Assembly: GCF_035594765.1 (NCBI RefSeq)
Contig: NC_085846.1
Location: 20,385,190 to 20,449,189 of the forward strand
Length of the DNA: 64,000 nt
From: Anolis carolinensis
Taxonomy: Eukaryota
Reading direction: 5' to 3'
Positions 39,171 through 51,700 of this stretch are shown piece by piece. The position numbers were made by a program, and so were the translations under genes. The stretch's first letter is position 1. Each line of letters opens with the position of its first letter. The notes under the pieces were generated by a model, which was not told where the DNA came from, did no database searches, and saw only the letters and a list, made by a program, of their open reading frames with translations.

Positions 39171-39672
39171 TTGGAACTACAAAGACAAGTATCCACTTAT
39201 TATAATAATACAGAAATCATTAAACCTAAATTTAGTATCAATACATCAATATGAAAACAGATACAAAAGGAGTTGTTAAACAATCAAATAAAGAACTGTT
39301 ACATTCACAGTAGAAACAATATTTTTCTCTTGTAGGATGAATTTACTCCTCTTCTCATAAACAATAAATACTCTTAAGTTCTTTGAGTGTTCCACATACT
39401 AATGTACTCTGCCAGTCCAGATTGAGAGGCTCCAGCTTGTGCCCTCGTCTCAACAGCAGCAGAAGGAGTAACAGAAGCAGCAGCAACACCAAGAGAGATG
39501 CACTTTATTTTTGTTGTGGTGGTAGGAGGAGAAGCAATATATATCTCCCTCTGAAAGCCTGGTGACCACTGGAGCCAGCACTACCCACCCCATGCCTCAT
39601 TATGTATATAAAATATAAGTGTTGGTGTTAAATCACTTTATTAATGTGTATATGTACTTGTGTGCACTAGCC

Positions 39673-39885
39673 AGGTAAAGGTTTTCCCCTGACGTTAAGT
39701 CCAGTCGTGACCGACTCTGGGGGTTGGTGCTCATCTCCATTTCTAAGCCGAAGAACTGGCGTTGTCCGTAGACACCTCCAAGGTCATGTGGCTGGCATGA
39801 CTGCATGGAGCGCTGTTTCCTTCCTACCGGAGCAGTACCTATTGATTTACTCACATTTGCATGTTTTTGAACTGCTAGGTTGGCA
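39673..39885 (-). mobile_element. Sauria SINE, 5' part missing
   Basis: Matches 2159-2372 and is then cut off by an R4 fragment. Confidence 0.88.
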
Positions 39886-39895
39886 TATTATTTTA

Positions 39896-40173
39896 TTGTA
39901 TGACACAGCAAACAAGATAGATATACTGGATTTCGTATCACAAAATCACAAGTCGAACACTTCCCAAGTGTTTAGGACTGTGTGATGTATTTTTGGATGA
40001 TGTGCGCAGATCCCAGTAGGGTGGCCTTTTGCAGTTGGCAGATCGTAATTTTGTCAATGTCTATTGTTTCCAAATGCCGGCTGAGATCTTTTGGCATAGT
40101 ACCCAGTGTGCCCATCACCACCGGGACCACCTGCACTGGTTTCTGCCAGAGTCTTTGAAGTTCAATCTTGAGG
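39896..40173 (-). mobile_element. R4/Dong LINE 3'-end fragment
   Basis: Near-identical to 25245-25522. Confidence 0.88.
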
Positions 40174-40607
40174 CCAGAATCCTAGACAAGTATTTACTTT
40201 GTAAATGAATTTTTTTTTTCCAAAAAATAAATAAATAGAAGATATAATTGAGATGTATACATTGTCTGATCTATCTCGTGGTAGAAGTGGATGAAACAAC
40301 ATTCTATGGGGAGTAGGGAAATTCTGATCAGCTGTGCTGTCCTGTTGGGATTAAAATCCCCAGTAAGAGAAACAACCTTTAAAGAGGCTTCCTGCCAGAC
40401 ATGTTGCAATGATATGCTGCAATGAATGCTTGCACCCACATTTTGTTCCTGCTATTTTTACAGATCTGATGTTTCTAATACATCTATAGCATTGGATAAT
40501 ATAATCAATAAAATGCCACAAATTTTGTACTAATCTTACAGAGCTTTGAAGGTGTGCAGTGAAGCTACTAAAGGTGTTTGTGTAAGTGTTATTGATACCA
40601 GTTTATT

Positions 40608-40846
40608 NNNNNNNNNNNNNNNNNNNNNNNNNNNNNNNNNNNNNNNNNNNNNNNNNNNNNNNNNNNNNNNNNNNNNNNNNNNNNNNNNNNNNNNNNNNNN
40701 NNNNNNNNNNNNNNNNNNNNNNNNNNNNNNNNNNNNNNNNNNNNNNNNNNNNNNNNNNNNNNNNNNNNNNNNNNNNNNNNNNNNNNNNNNNNNNNNNNNN
40801 NNNNNNNNNNNNNNNNNNNNNNNNNNNNNNNNNNNNNNNNNNNNNN
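40608..40846. other. assembly gap (N run)
   Basis: Run of n characters. Confidence 1.
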
Positions 40847-43713
40847 CTATCTATCTACCAATCTGTCTTAACATCTTTTTGATGAGTAGTTTCTGAAGTA
40901 GGAAATTTAAAAGATGAGAAATTGTACAGTTTCAATTGTATAGAACCTGTAAAGTGTGCAGTAAAGCTATTAAAGGTGTTTGGATAAGTGTCACTGTTTG
41001 TTTACCAGAACTAATGTATCTATAGCATAAGATGTATACCCAAAAAAATGCTACAAATTTTGTACTAATTATTGAGTGATTGCAAATGCTGTGGGCAATG
41101 GACAGATGGACTCTCACACTTTACCACATCATATTGTTATGAAAGGTGACTGGAGCTGCATCTTACAGAGCCTTGAAGGTGTGAAGTGAAGCTACTAAAG
41201 GTCTTTGTATAAGTGTTATTGATACTTGTTTGCTTACCACAGCTGTTTGCCGGTTGTCTCTATCACCTATCTGTTTGTCTACCAACCAACCAACCTACCT
41301 ACCATCTACCTACCTGTCTTTTTGATAACTAGTTTCTGAAGCGGGAAAATTAGAAGGTGAGAAATTGTACAGTTTCAATTGTATAGAGCTTGTAAAGTGT
41401 GCAGTAAAGTTATTAAAAGTGTTTGGATAAGTGTCACTGTTTGTATGCCCGAATCTTTGCCAACACTCCTGTCTGTCTGTCTGTCCCAAAATATGTTGTC
41501 TGTCTGACAACATATTTTTCAATGGTTTCTGAAATAGGAACATTTTTCACCTTCCATTGCTGACCTTCACAGTTTGAGGCATCATATTTTAGTACAGTCA
41601 GGGATAACATCACAATTTGGACTTAGTTCTTCTCTAAGCATTTTTTTTAGCATTTCCTGCACTTTTTATGTTTATTTAGTTTAACCTTTGGTTTTGGCTA
41701 TTTATAAGTTATATTGAGTTTATTTTATTTCATGTTTTGCCTTGCCTTCACTGTTGTTTATTTGTTACCTGTTTTTGAGCATTTAATGTTTGCCTTTTTT
41801 GTTATGAGTCAGTGCTATCTTTATACATGATAGTAATGTAGACCAAAGCAATGAACAGATTGTTCACATGTTGTGTGGTTCAAAATGCTTCAAGGAGAAG
41901 ATGAATAACCTCACCTACCAATGCCTCAATGGATGCTGGACGGGTGGCTGAATTTAACAATAACAATTACTTGCCTAAAATTGTTTAAATGTGTGTTGGG
42001 TAAGTTTTATTTTGTTGTATTCTAGAGTGTTATGCCCTTTGTTATCTTCTGTTTGTCTATCTGATGATTTTTCAGTCTATCCACCCCTCCTTATCTATTA
42101 TAAGGAAAAGTAATTATTAAATCCCTCTTATAGTGGCACAAGTAGAATAAAACACTAGGATTTTGTTTTTCTGTTTGCTAAGGTACATGCACTTCATTTG
42201 GTATCTTCTAAACCAAACCATATAGGTATCATTGTAACCAGACAATTTCCAGATAAATAACTGTCCATTTAGTGGGGCAATGTATATATTGTCTGATAAT
42301 GGAAGAATGAGAATAAATCAGATTGTGACTCATCTCTCCTTACTTTTGTGTAATGGTTAAGTACCTTTGGGCAAATTCTTCTAGCAGCCTACTGAACAAT
42401 GAACTAGACATTTATCCAGTTCTAATATTGGCTCTATCTGTTGATCTACGAACAATATAAATACATATTAGATTAGTATCACTCATGCACTGTTGAAGGT
42501 AGGTTGGCAGCATGAAATTTGGCATGAAATTTGCCAACTCAAAGCACCAAAGTGCTTAGTGAGTTCCCTCTTCTAATATTAAACTTATGTAATCCTATAT
42601 TGTGGCAGGAGCTACTGGAAAAAACCCCAGCTTTTGTGCCCAAGGAAACCAGATGATATCCTTAAATCTAGAGGTGATTTCAAGGCACGTAGACACACAA
42701 TCCAGGATTGTCATCTTCAGGAACATTAGTTCTTTGTCATATGCATAAAGCCAAAAGAAACAGAAATATAAAATCAATCAGTATCACTTATGCAACTATT
42801 TAGAAAGACGGGAAGGAGTATATGAGTCTTGTGATTTTTTTTTAAATAGTCAGTTTATTTCAGACTATGTATGTGGTAATTAGTTACACAAAACCTCTTC
42901 AGATTTCATGGGTGACTGACTACAATTACTCATACAGTCTTTGTTTTGTGACTTATATTTTATCAAATCAATGTTAATCCATGAAAGCTGGATGTAAATA
43001 CTTAGATAGCCCATACGAAAATCTAAATAATATTATAAAAATGGATTTAACTACTGAGAGTTTGTTTTTTGGAGAAAGGAAAATCTTTTTTAAAAAATAG
43101 ACCAATTTTGCCTTCTCCCATTAATACCGAAGAGCAAAGCATAAGCAACCTATTATTGTATTTGAAATACAGACTTTGAGAACAGAGTTGATGTATTAAC
43201 TCCACCCTATTCATTGCCTGTGTATATGTTAAGACATGTAACTGCGGCACATAAAACCATTATGAACTAACCTTCAGAAAATTTTGATATGTCATCAATA
43301 TGCTGATATCGTAAGCCATTTCTCTTAATTTCTTCAGAAACACAAAAGGCTGGGAATTGATGGGCTAAATAAGATATAAATTAAACTGACATTAAAACTT
43401 ATATATAATAATGTAGCTAGAGATTTCTTAGATGTAAATATGAGAGTGATGTCTGTTCACTTTATGGCTGCAGTCCATCTGTAATCTTTGTTCCTATTGG
43501 ATGTGGTTGCTATGGGAATTATTCTACACAGGACTATTGCAATAACATTTCTCAGAAAAAAACACAAAAAATTATTTCCCAAATAATGTAGCAAAAACTT
43601 CACTATTGAAGAAAAAAGAGTTGATTAAAACTAAAATGGCCGATATTCCAAAGTGTAGTTTAATTATTTTTTAATTCTCATCTTACAGGAAATATGAAGA
43701 TATCAAAAACAGC

Positions 43714-44661
43714 ATGAATAACTTTACTTCTACATCCTCTTTTCTGTTGCTGGAATTCTCAGATATGAGAGAACTACAAATCTTATCCTTTTTTGTCTTC
43801 CTAGCACTCTACTTGACTGCATTAATAGGTAACCTTCTCATTGTCACTGTCGTTGCAGTTGATTCCCACCTTCACACTCCTATGTATTATTTCCTCTTTA
43901 ATTTGGCCATGTCGGATATTGGATCAATTTCTGTTATGGTGCCCAAGGCTATGACAATGTCCCTTAAGAATGATAGGTCAATTACTTATGCCGGCTGTGT
44001 TGCTCAGGTTTTCTTTCATGTGTTCTTTGCGACCTCAGGTTTTAGTGTCCTAACTATTATGGCTCATGATCGCTATGTTGCAATCTGCCACCCTCTCCAT
44101 TATGAGAGAATCATGCACAAAGGAGCCTGCCTACAGATGGTAGCCATTGGGCTGATTGGTAGTCTTATTTATACCATATTACACACCGGTGGCACCTTTG
44201 GAAATACTTTCTGTTCCAATATTGTCAATCAGTTCTTCTGTGAAATTCCACAATTAATAAAGTTGTCCTGCTCAGGTATTTCCATAATGGAAACTGGGTT
44301 TCTTATTCTGGCATTTAGTTTAGCATTAGGGTACCTTATTGTCATCATCAGATCATATGTACAGATCTTTGTTGTTGTGCTTAGAATTCCTTCTTCACAA
44401 GGTCAGAAAAAAGCCCTTTCCACTTGTGTTCCCCATCTCACCGTTGTCACAATGTTTGTAGCCAGTGGGGTCCTTGTCTATGCAAGGTCAACTGCCCAAT
44501 CTTCTAATCTGGATTCCATTTTGTCCATGATATATACCATAATTCCTCCAACATCAAATCCATTTATCTATAGTGTTAGAAACAAAGAGGTCAAGACTGC
44601 TTTGCAAAATCTGTTACGTGTTGCGATTTCCTATAAAAATAAATTTAAAGTGGTTCTGTGA
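43714..44661 (+). CDS. olfactory receptor, family 14-like, subtype B; intact, 315 aa
   Basis: NFT, LHTPMYYFL, MAHDRY, KALSTCVPHL and NPFIYSVRNKEVK; acceptor AG at 43687-43688. Confidence 0.93.
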   Translation: MNNFTSTSSFLLLEFSDMRELQILSFFVFLALYLTALIGNLLIVTVVAVDSHLHTPMYYFLFNLAMSDIGSISVMVPKAMTMSLKNDRSITYAGCVAQVFFHVFFATSGFSVLTIMAHDRYVAICHPLHYERIMHKGACLQMVAIGLIGSLIYTILHTGGTFGNTFCSNIVNQFFCEIPQLIKLSCSGISIMETGFLILAFSLALGYLIVIIRSYVQIFVVVLRIPSSQGQKKALSTCVPHLTVVTMFVASGVLVYARSTAQSSNLDSILSMIYTIIPPTSNPFIYSVRNKEVKTALQNLLRVAISYKNKFKVVL

Positions 44662-44908
44662 GAATTGAGTTATATGATCTTTCAAATGTTAATATTTCTC
44701 TCTGACAGTTTAAGTCTACACTTCTCATACATTGTTGAAGATTTTCATGGCTGCAATTATATGTATTTTCTGGAAATATATTTTAATATGTGTATTCTAT
44801 GGAATGTTTTCAAATGATTCTGCATTTTGATTATGTGTCTTAGCAATGTTGCAACCTACCTTGAGTTGTGAGGAGAGGCGGGTATGAAATAAAATTATTA
44901 TTATTGTT

Positions 44909-44963
<55 letters not shown>

Positions 44964-46544
44964 TATTTGTGCATCCTCAGTATATGGATTAATAATTATA
45001 TTGAAATTGACAAAACCTCTATGATTTTTAAAATTGTTAAATGGTGTTTTAATTTCAACATCAAATGTTGCACCTTAGCACTGAGACATCCTTTCATCCA
45101 ATGCAGTGATCCAGTAATAAAATGTTTATTGCAGCAAGTATATAAAAAGGGGAAAAAGGTCAAATCCAAAAGAGACATTCAGAATATGAAATGCAATACA
45201 CAAAATAAGCCAGAATTCAGTAGCAGGAATCCAAAAATGCCATAGTAAGTTCCAAACTCCAGGAGTACAAGAATACAGAAGTAATCCATGGTATTCCCAT
45301 GAACATGAACACAGGAACCTCTCTAAGGTAAATCCTCCAAAGGTACATAAGCGTAGACAGGAACATTAAACAAGAAATTTGTCAATACAAGAACCAGCAT
45401 CTTGGTAACATGAACAACAGTCCAAGGCTGTTCCATCATCAATTATCTGTAATTCCAAGTCTATTATTGCACTGTACTAATCACCGAAAGCCTGATCCCA
45501 GAGCCAGGTTTTTACTTTTCTCCTGAAGGTTAGAAGGGAGGGGGCTGATCTAACATCACTGGGGAGGGAGGTCCACAGCCGAGGGGCCACCACTGAGTTG
45601 AAACTGCATTTGAACCCTGAGTAAGCTTTGGTTAATGTATGCTGTCATATGGAAATATTCATGAAAACGCAGCCTGAGAAATCTATATAGGTCCTGTAGA
45701 TAGTGCCATGTTCACAACCTGTGTCTCTTCATACTGATACTCCATTGGTCCAATCCATGTGACAAGATCCAGAGTGGAAGGTGGTGGAGGGGGGCAGACA
45801 AAACTTACAAAGATTTTGCCTCTGCTTCTACACTTCTGTCTTATGGGATATGGGCTCCATGACATACTACCCTTCTGGCATCACTTTGTTTGGTGCTAGC
45901 AAATACATCTCCTCACTTCAGCTGCATCCATGTCATTAGGAAACACGGACAAATTCCGTGCAATACTCCTAGACCAACCAAATTTATTTCTCTCACACAC
46001 ACTGCCTTAGGAAGGAAAACTATACTTCTCTTACTTTAGCTCAGTGGTTCTCAACCTGGGGTCCCCAGATGTTTTTGGCCTTCAACTAGCAGCTGGTAAA
46101 CTGGCTGGGATTTCTGGGAGTTGTAGGCCAAAAACATCTGGAGACTCATATAATACAATTCAAAGCAGATAATGTCATATCAGATCCTGGGATATAGGGC
46201 AGTGTAGAAGAGGCTTTAATATAATGCAAATAAAATGTCCTAACTCAGTCGCAACTGCTTATCTGGTTTCAAGCTCTTATATTCTTGGGGTGCTCAAGTG
46301 TGAGCTGCCCTTAAAATGGGAAAATATTTTTTCTAGAATAAAAAATGAAAAAGTTCAGACTTTGATGTTAATGTAGTTATGACATGAACAGCTTCCAGAT
46401 TACATCATTTTTGATGCAAATATATGACAAGTCCTTGGCACATTATCAACTATCCGCCATTAAAGTGAATGCCAAAACCTAAAGGCCTTTGTCTGAATTA
46501 ACTGCCATGACTCAATGTATGGAATCATGGACATTGTAATTTTG

Positions 46545-47199
46545 TTTCATGTTGTGGTGACTCCTAACCATAACATTATTTTCGTTGCTACTTCCATAAC
46601 TGTAATTTTGCTACTGTTATGAATTGTAATGTAAATATCTAATATTCAGGATATATTTTTATTCATTAGACCAAATTTGAAGACTGGTGGGGTTGGGGGT
46701 GGGAATGATTTTGTCATTTGGGAGTTGTAGTTGCTAGGATTTATAGTTCACCTACAATCAGAGAGCATTCTGAACTCCACCAACATGGAACTGAACCAAA
46801 CTTGGCACACAGAACTCCCATGACCAACAGAAAATATTGGAAGGGTTTAGTGGGCATTGACTTGAGTTTTGGAGTTGTAGTTCACCTACACCCAGAGAGC
46901 ACTGTGGAAGTAAACAATGATGAATCTGGATCAAACTGGGCACAAATACTCAAAATGCCAAATGTGAACACTGTTAGAGTTTGTGGAAAATAGACCTTGA
47001 CATTTGGGAGTTGTAGTTTATGGGGCTTATAGTTCACCTACAACCAAAGAGCCCCTTGAACCTCATCACCAATAGAATTGGGCCAAACTTCCCATGGAGA
47101 ATCCCCATGACCAACAGAAAATACTGGTCTTTGGTGACCCATCTAACACCCCTTTTGTGACCTCCCCCATGGGTCCTGACCTCAGGTTGAGAAACATTG
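46545..47199. mobile_element. SPIN (Space Invaders, hAT)-derived non-autonomous element with internal tandem repeats; left end lost
   Basis: SPIN-like gttgtggtgac..aaccataa.attattttcgttgctact..ataactgtaattttgctactgttatgaat; right TIR caggttgagaaacattg. Confidence 0.7.
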
Positions 47200-48098
47200 T
47201 CTTAGATCATAATCCCATTCTTCACCTTTCAAGTTAAAGACTGTGTTCTACATTTGGAATTTTCTTTCAAGAATATATCACAGCTAAACATGTGCAAATT
47301 AGAAGATTAGAATATGTCTCACAAAAAAGTTACAAATATGATCCTTTATCATGTTATCAGAAATAATTGGGCAGGTGTTCTTTTGTACTTTAATTTTGTT
47401 GTAAGAGTGGGGAAAAGAACACCCAGGAGAGGAGGAATTCAATAGTTGTTACTTCTGATCAGACCTGCTGGATTCTTGGGAATAAAATCCCAAGAAACCT
47501 AAACAGATTTAAATAATGCTCCTTCTATGATATGCTGTAATTATTTGTTGCTGTGAGGATAAACCCCAATTGTGTATAGATAGTGTGTTTGTAGTATAGA
47601 CCAAAAGGTGATCAGTCACATTTATGGCAATAGTCACTGCATGACTGAATTCTCTGGAAAGACTGAATTCTCTTGTCTGTCATGCTGTAATGAAAAGTGG
47701 AGGAGAAGTTGAATCTTAAGGCTGAGTGTCTACCTGAAGCACATTAAAGGTATTTGGTACATGGTGTGTTCCAAAGTTGTCATTTCCTCCTTTATGATTC
47801 TGTCTTTCTTTATCTTTCTTCTTATATATCTAATTTGTCTCTATGTATCATGTCTCTATCCACCTATCCTACCATTATTTTTATAATTCTTTTTGGAAAT
47901 GCTTTTGTTGTCATAATTCTTTCCTATAATTGAACAAGCAAAACAGAACAACCTTTTCATTTTCGGTTGGCGGTGCATTTGCTAAAATGTTTTTGTGCCA
48001 TTCCATAAAGTTGAAACATGACAATGGTGAGAGAGACCCACATTGTACTGTTCAATTTATACATTGAATGACCATCATTTTGCAAGGCAATCATATGT

Positions 48099-48722
48099 AT
48101 GTTGTCGAAGGCTTTCATCGCCGGGATCACAGGGTTGTTGTATGTCTTTCGGGCTGTGTGGCCATGTTCCAGAAGTATTCTCTCCTGACGTTTTGCCCAC
48201 ATCTATGGCAGGCATCCTCAGAGGCATGGATAAACTAAGTAAGGAAAGGAAAGAATATATATCTGTGTAAAGTCCAAGGTGTGGCAAGAGTCCTTTGTCA
48301 CTGGGAGCCAGCATTAATGTTTCAGTTAATCACCCTAATTAGCATTGGAGATGTTTTGTCCCTTGCCTGGGGGCATCCTTTGTTCAGTCAAGCCTTCATT
48401 GTGTTGGTTCCCATCTACTGTTTTGATTTTGGAGTTTTGTAATACTGGTAGCCAGATTTTGTTCATTTTCATGGTTTCTTCCTTTCTGTTAATGTTGTCC
48501 ACATGCTTGTGGATTTCAATGGCTTCTCTGTGTAGTCTGACATGATCGTTGTTGGAATGGTCCAGCATTTTTGTGTTCTCAAATAGTATCCTGTGTCCAG
48601 GCTGGTTCATCAAATGCTCTGCTATGGCTGATTTCTCTGGTTGAATTAGTCTGCAGTGCCTTTCATGTTCTTTGACTCTTGTTTGGGCGCTGCGTTTGGT
48701 GGTCCCTATGTAGACTTGTCCA
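48099..48722 (-). mobile_element. Penelope-like element 3' fragment (GIY-YIG endonuclease) with a hammerhead relic
   Basis: VYIGTTKRSAQTRVKEH...SAIAEH...HREAIEIHKH; CTGAGGA...AAAACGTC at 48221-48187. Confidence 0.88.
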
Positions 48723-49024
48723 ACCTTCTTCCAGTATGGAAGAAAGGTAACCTATGACAAATGTTATACAAGTGTAGCTAAACACAATGAAATAAGCAAT
48801 TCTATTGAAAAACTAATTTCAACACATTTAATGTGTTACGACGATAAAAAAATACAGAAAATAGCTGAAGAGTTTTCAAAAAGAAAAGGTCATCACCTGC
48901 TAGTGAAAGGAGACTATAGAACGATCTAGCCTAGCCATCTGTGTAGGGAAATTCCCATTCTGTAGGGAGGCATTGAGAAAACGCATGCCCATGCCAGATG
49001 TGGCTGCAACATTGAGGGGACCAA

Positions 49025-49308
49025 GATCCCTTCTACATTACCATATAATTCAGATTATCAAATTTGATTATCCACATTATCTGCTTTGAACTGATTTATA
49101 TGAGTCTACACTGCCAGATAATCCAGTTCAAAGATGATAATCTGGATTTTATATAGAAGCGTAGAAGGGGCCTAAGGCCCCTTCCACACAGCTATATAAA
49201 ATCCATAGTGAACTGTGGCAGTGTTGACTCAGATAATTCAATTCGAAGCAAATATTGTGGATTATCTGCCTTGATATTCTGAGTTATATGGCTGTGTGGA
49301 AGGACCCT
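49025..49308. mobile_element. two adjacent palindromic MITEs (PIF/Harbinger-like, GGCCCCTTC ends)
   Basis: Inverted ends cccttctaca/gtagaagggg and ggccccttccacacagc/gctgtgtggaagg, separated by TAA. Confidence 0.55.
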
Positions 49309-50428
49309 GCTAAGAGAAAGCTCTTACCTGAGAATCTTAGAACTCAAATGGGCTCATAAAAAGAGATACAGTCTCTCAGACAGGCTTTATGGATGAAAAT
49401 TAAAATGCTGACACACAGAGAGTCACTTGATGTTAATTTATCAGGGGGTTAGCTATTGAATCAAGATAAGAATGCAAGGTCCTTCCATTTGAATATTTTG
49501 TAAGCCAAACATTTGATATGTCAAGACTACTAGTATTCCAGCTTAAATATGGAAAGATTTTTAAAAATAGGATCTCAGATATATGACATTTTGAAAAATG
49601 AATATTCAAGTTCGTTCATTGTCAAGGGAGGAAAGAAAAAATACATTAGACCATGCTGGAAAACTGATGATGCCTTTGTTTTTTCCTGGAATATAATAAT
49701 TCTCTATGGTGATACATTTATGTTTACTACTGTCTCTGAAATAGGAAAGGTAGAATGAACCACATTGTTCACCTTCAATTGTTAACCTTCACAGTCTTTA
49801 TGCATCATATTTTAGTACATCCCAGGATAACAGCATAATTTGGACAGAGTTCTTCTCTAAGCATTTTTTTCAGTATAAACAATAAGAAATTTTAACAATT
49901 TTCTCCCCACTTCAAGAAAATCTTGACAGCTAGAGGCACAGAGACAGACACAAATTAATTTATATTTTAAATTAACTTTTTTGGATATCTTTTCCTTTCT
50001 TCAGATTTACTAATGAATGTATAAATATTGGGAGAAGGGCTGAGGGATAGTGTCCTTGGCTGATTTTTTCCCATATCTTCTGAAGCACAAAAGATTGTAC
50101 AAAGGACAAGATCTAGGTAGGCTGTGTAATGGCTAAAGGGTTTCTTTTTTGATCCAGAAATTGAGGAGATGTTCTATTCAGGCTGTGATTTCCGTTGCTT
50201 AGAGAGTATTCTTATTGCTAAGGCCAATGTAGAAGGCATATTACAGTGTAACTCTCTTAGCATCTCTGGGGCAACATAAAGCACAATTGTTTCACTATTG
50301 GTGTAGGAAAATAAATCTTGTATATTTTCCTGTTTTATTAGACAGGCTTGCTTAAACTTAAACTATACCAATAGCTTCATAACTCATGTCTTTTCCTATC
50401 TAGGTGTTATATATGAACTGAAGGCAAC

Positions 50429-51379
50429 ATGTACAATCACACTTCTACATCCAGTTTTCTCCTGCTGGAATTCTCAACTACCAGAGGACTGCAGATCTTA
50501 CACTTCTTTGTGTTCCTAGCAATGTACGTCGTTGCACTGACAGGGAATCTTTTCATCATCATTGCAATTCTGGCAGATTACCAGCTACACTCCCCCATGT
50601 ACTTTTTTCTCTTGTGTTTGGCTGTGGTGGACCTTGGTTCAGTTTCTGTCACAATACCCAAATCTATGGCTATGTCCCTCATGAACGACAGGTCAATATC
50701 TTTTCCTGGATGTAAAGCTCAAGTTTTCTTTTACTTCTTCTTTTTAACGTCAGATTTTGTTCTCCTCAGTATAATGGCACGTGATCGCCATGTTGCAATC
50801 TGCAACCCACTTCATTATGAGAGAATCATGAATAAGGCAGCCTATGTTAAGATGTTAGTGATTGGGTTGATTATAAGTCTGGTTTATTCTACATTGCACA
50901 CCAGTGGCACCTTTATGAATACTTTCTGTTCTAATAATGTCAACCAGTTCTTCTGTGAAGTTCCACAATTATTAAAACTTTCCTGTTCTGACCTATATCT
51001 AGTTGAAGTTGGGCTCCTTGTACTAAGCAGCATTGTCGCATTAGGATGTTTTATCTTTATCATCATCACGTATGTTCAGATCATTGCTGTGGTGCTCAGA
51101 ATCTCCTCTGTACGTGGTCAGAAAAAAGCCCTCTCCACTTGTGTTCCCCACCTCACTGTTTTCTCTTTACTATTCATCACTGGAGTGCTTGCTCACGCAC
51201 GGCGTCCTGGTGATATATCTTCGAGTCTGGATTTGGGTTTTGCTGTGATGTATTCCATAATTCCTCCAATGTCCAATCCATTCATTTATAGTATAAGAAA
51301 CAAAGAGATCAAGAATGCTTTGAAGAAAGTGTTATATGCAGTTAATTCCCACAAAACCATCTTTAAGGCCATTCTGTGA
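50429..51379 (+). CDS. olfactory receptor, family 14-like, subtype A; open ORF of 316 aa with an atypical MARDRH motif
   Basis: NHT, LHSPMYFFL, NQFFCEVPQL, KALSTCVPHL and NPFIYSIRNKEIK; acceptor AG at 50402-50403. Confidence 0.9.
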   Translation: MYNHTSTSSFLLLEFSTTRGLQILHFFVFLAMYVVALTGNLFIIIAILADYQLHSPMYFFLLCLAVVDLGSVSVTIPKSMAMSLMNDRSISFPGCKAQVFFYFFFLTSDFVLLSIMARDRHVAICNPLHYERIMNKAAYVKMLVIGLIISLVYSTLHTSGTFMNTFCSNNVNQFFCEVPQLLKLSCSDLYLVEVGLLVLSSIVALGCFIFIIITYVQIIAVVLRISSVRGQKKALSTCVPHLTVFSLLFITGVLAHARRPGDISSSLDLGFAVMYSIIPPMSNPFIYSIRNKEIKNALKKVLYAVNSHKTIFKAIL

Positions 51380-51650
51380 CTATCGCCTTGTATGATCTTT
51401 TACATATTATTTTCTTTCTCTTAATGAGTAACTCTATGATAAAAAAATTGCATTTAAACAAAAAAATTCATTTTGCCTTAGGGTTTTCTCTTCGTTCCTT
51501 CTACTTTTTCAGTCTTTTACTTATTTTCATTCTTTGACTTACTATATAGAGCGTAATCAAGTCTTGTCAATTATTGTTGTTTGGTTTGGTATTGTGATAT
51601 GACCTAAGGGTTAATCCATAAAAGTATTATTATTGTTATTATTGTTGTTG

Positions 51651-51700
<50 letters not shown>

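Noticed and set aside
40546-40896. ORFs containing X runs
   Set aside because: Artefacts of the assembly gap
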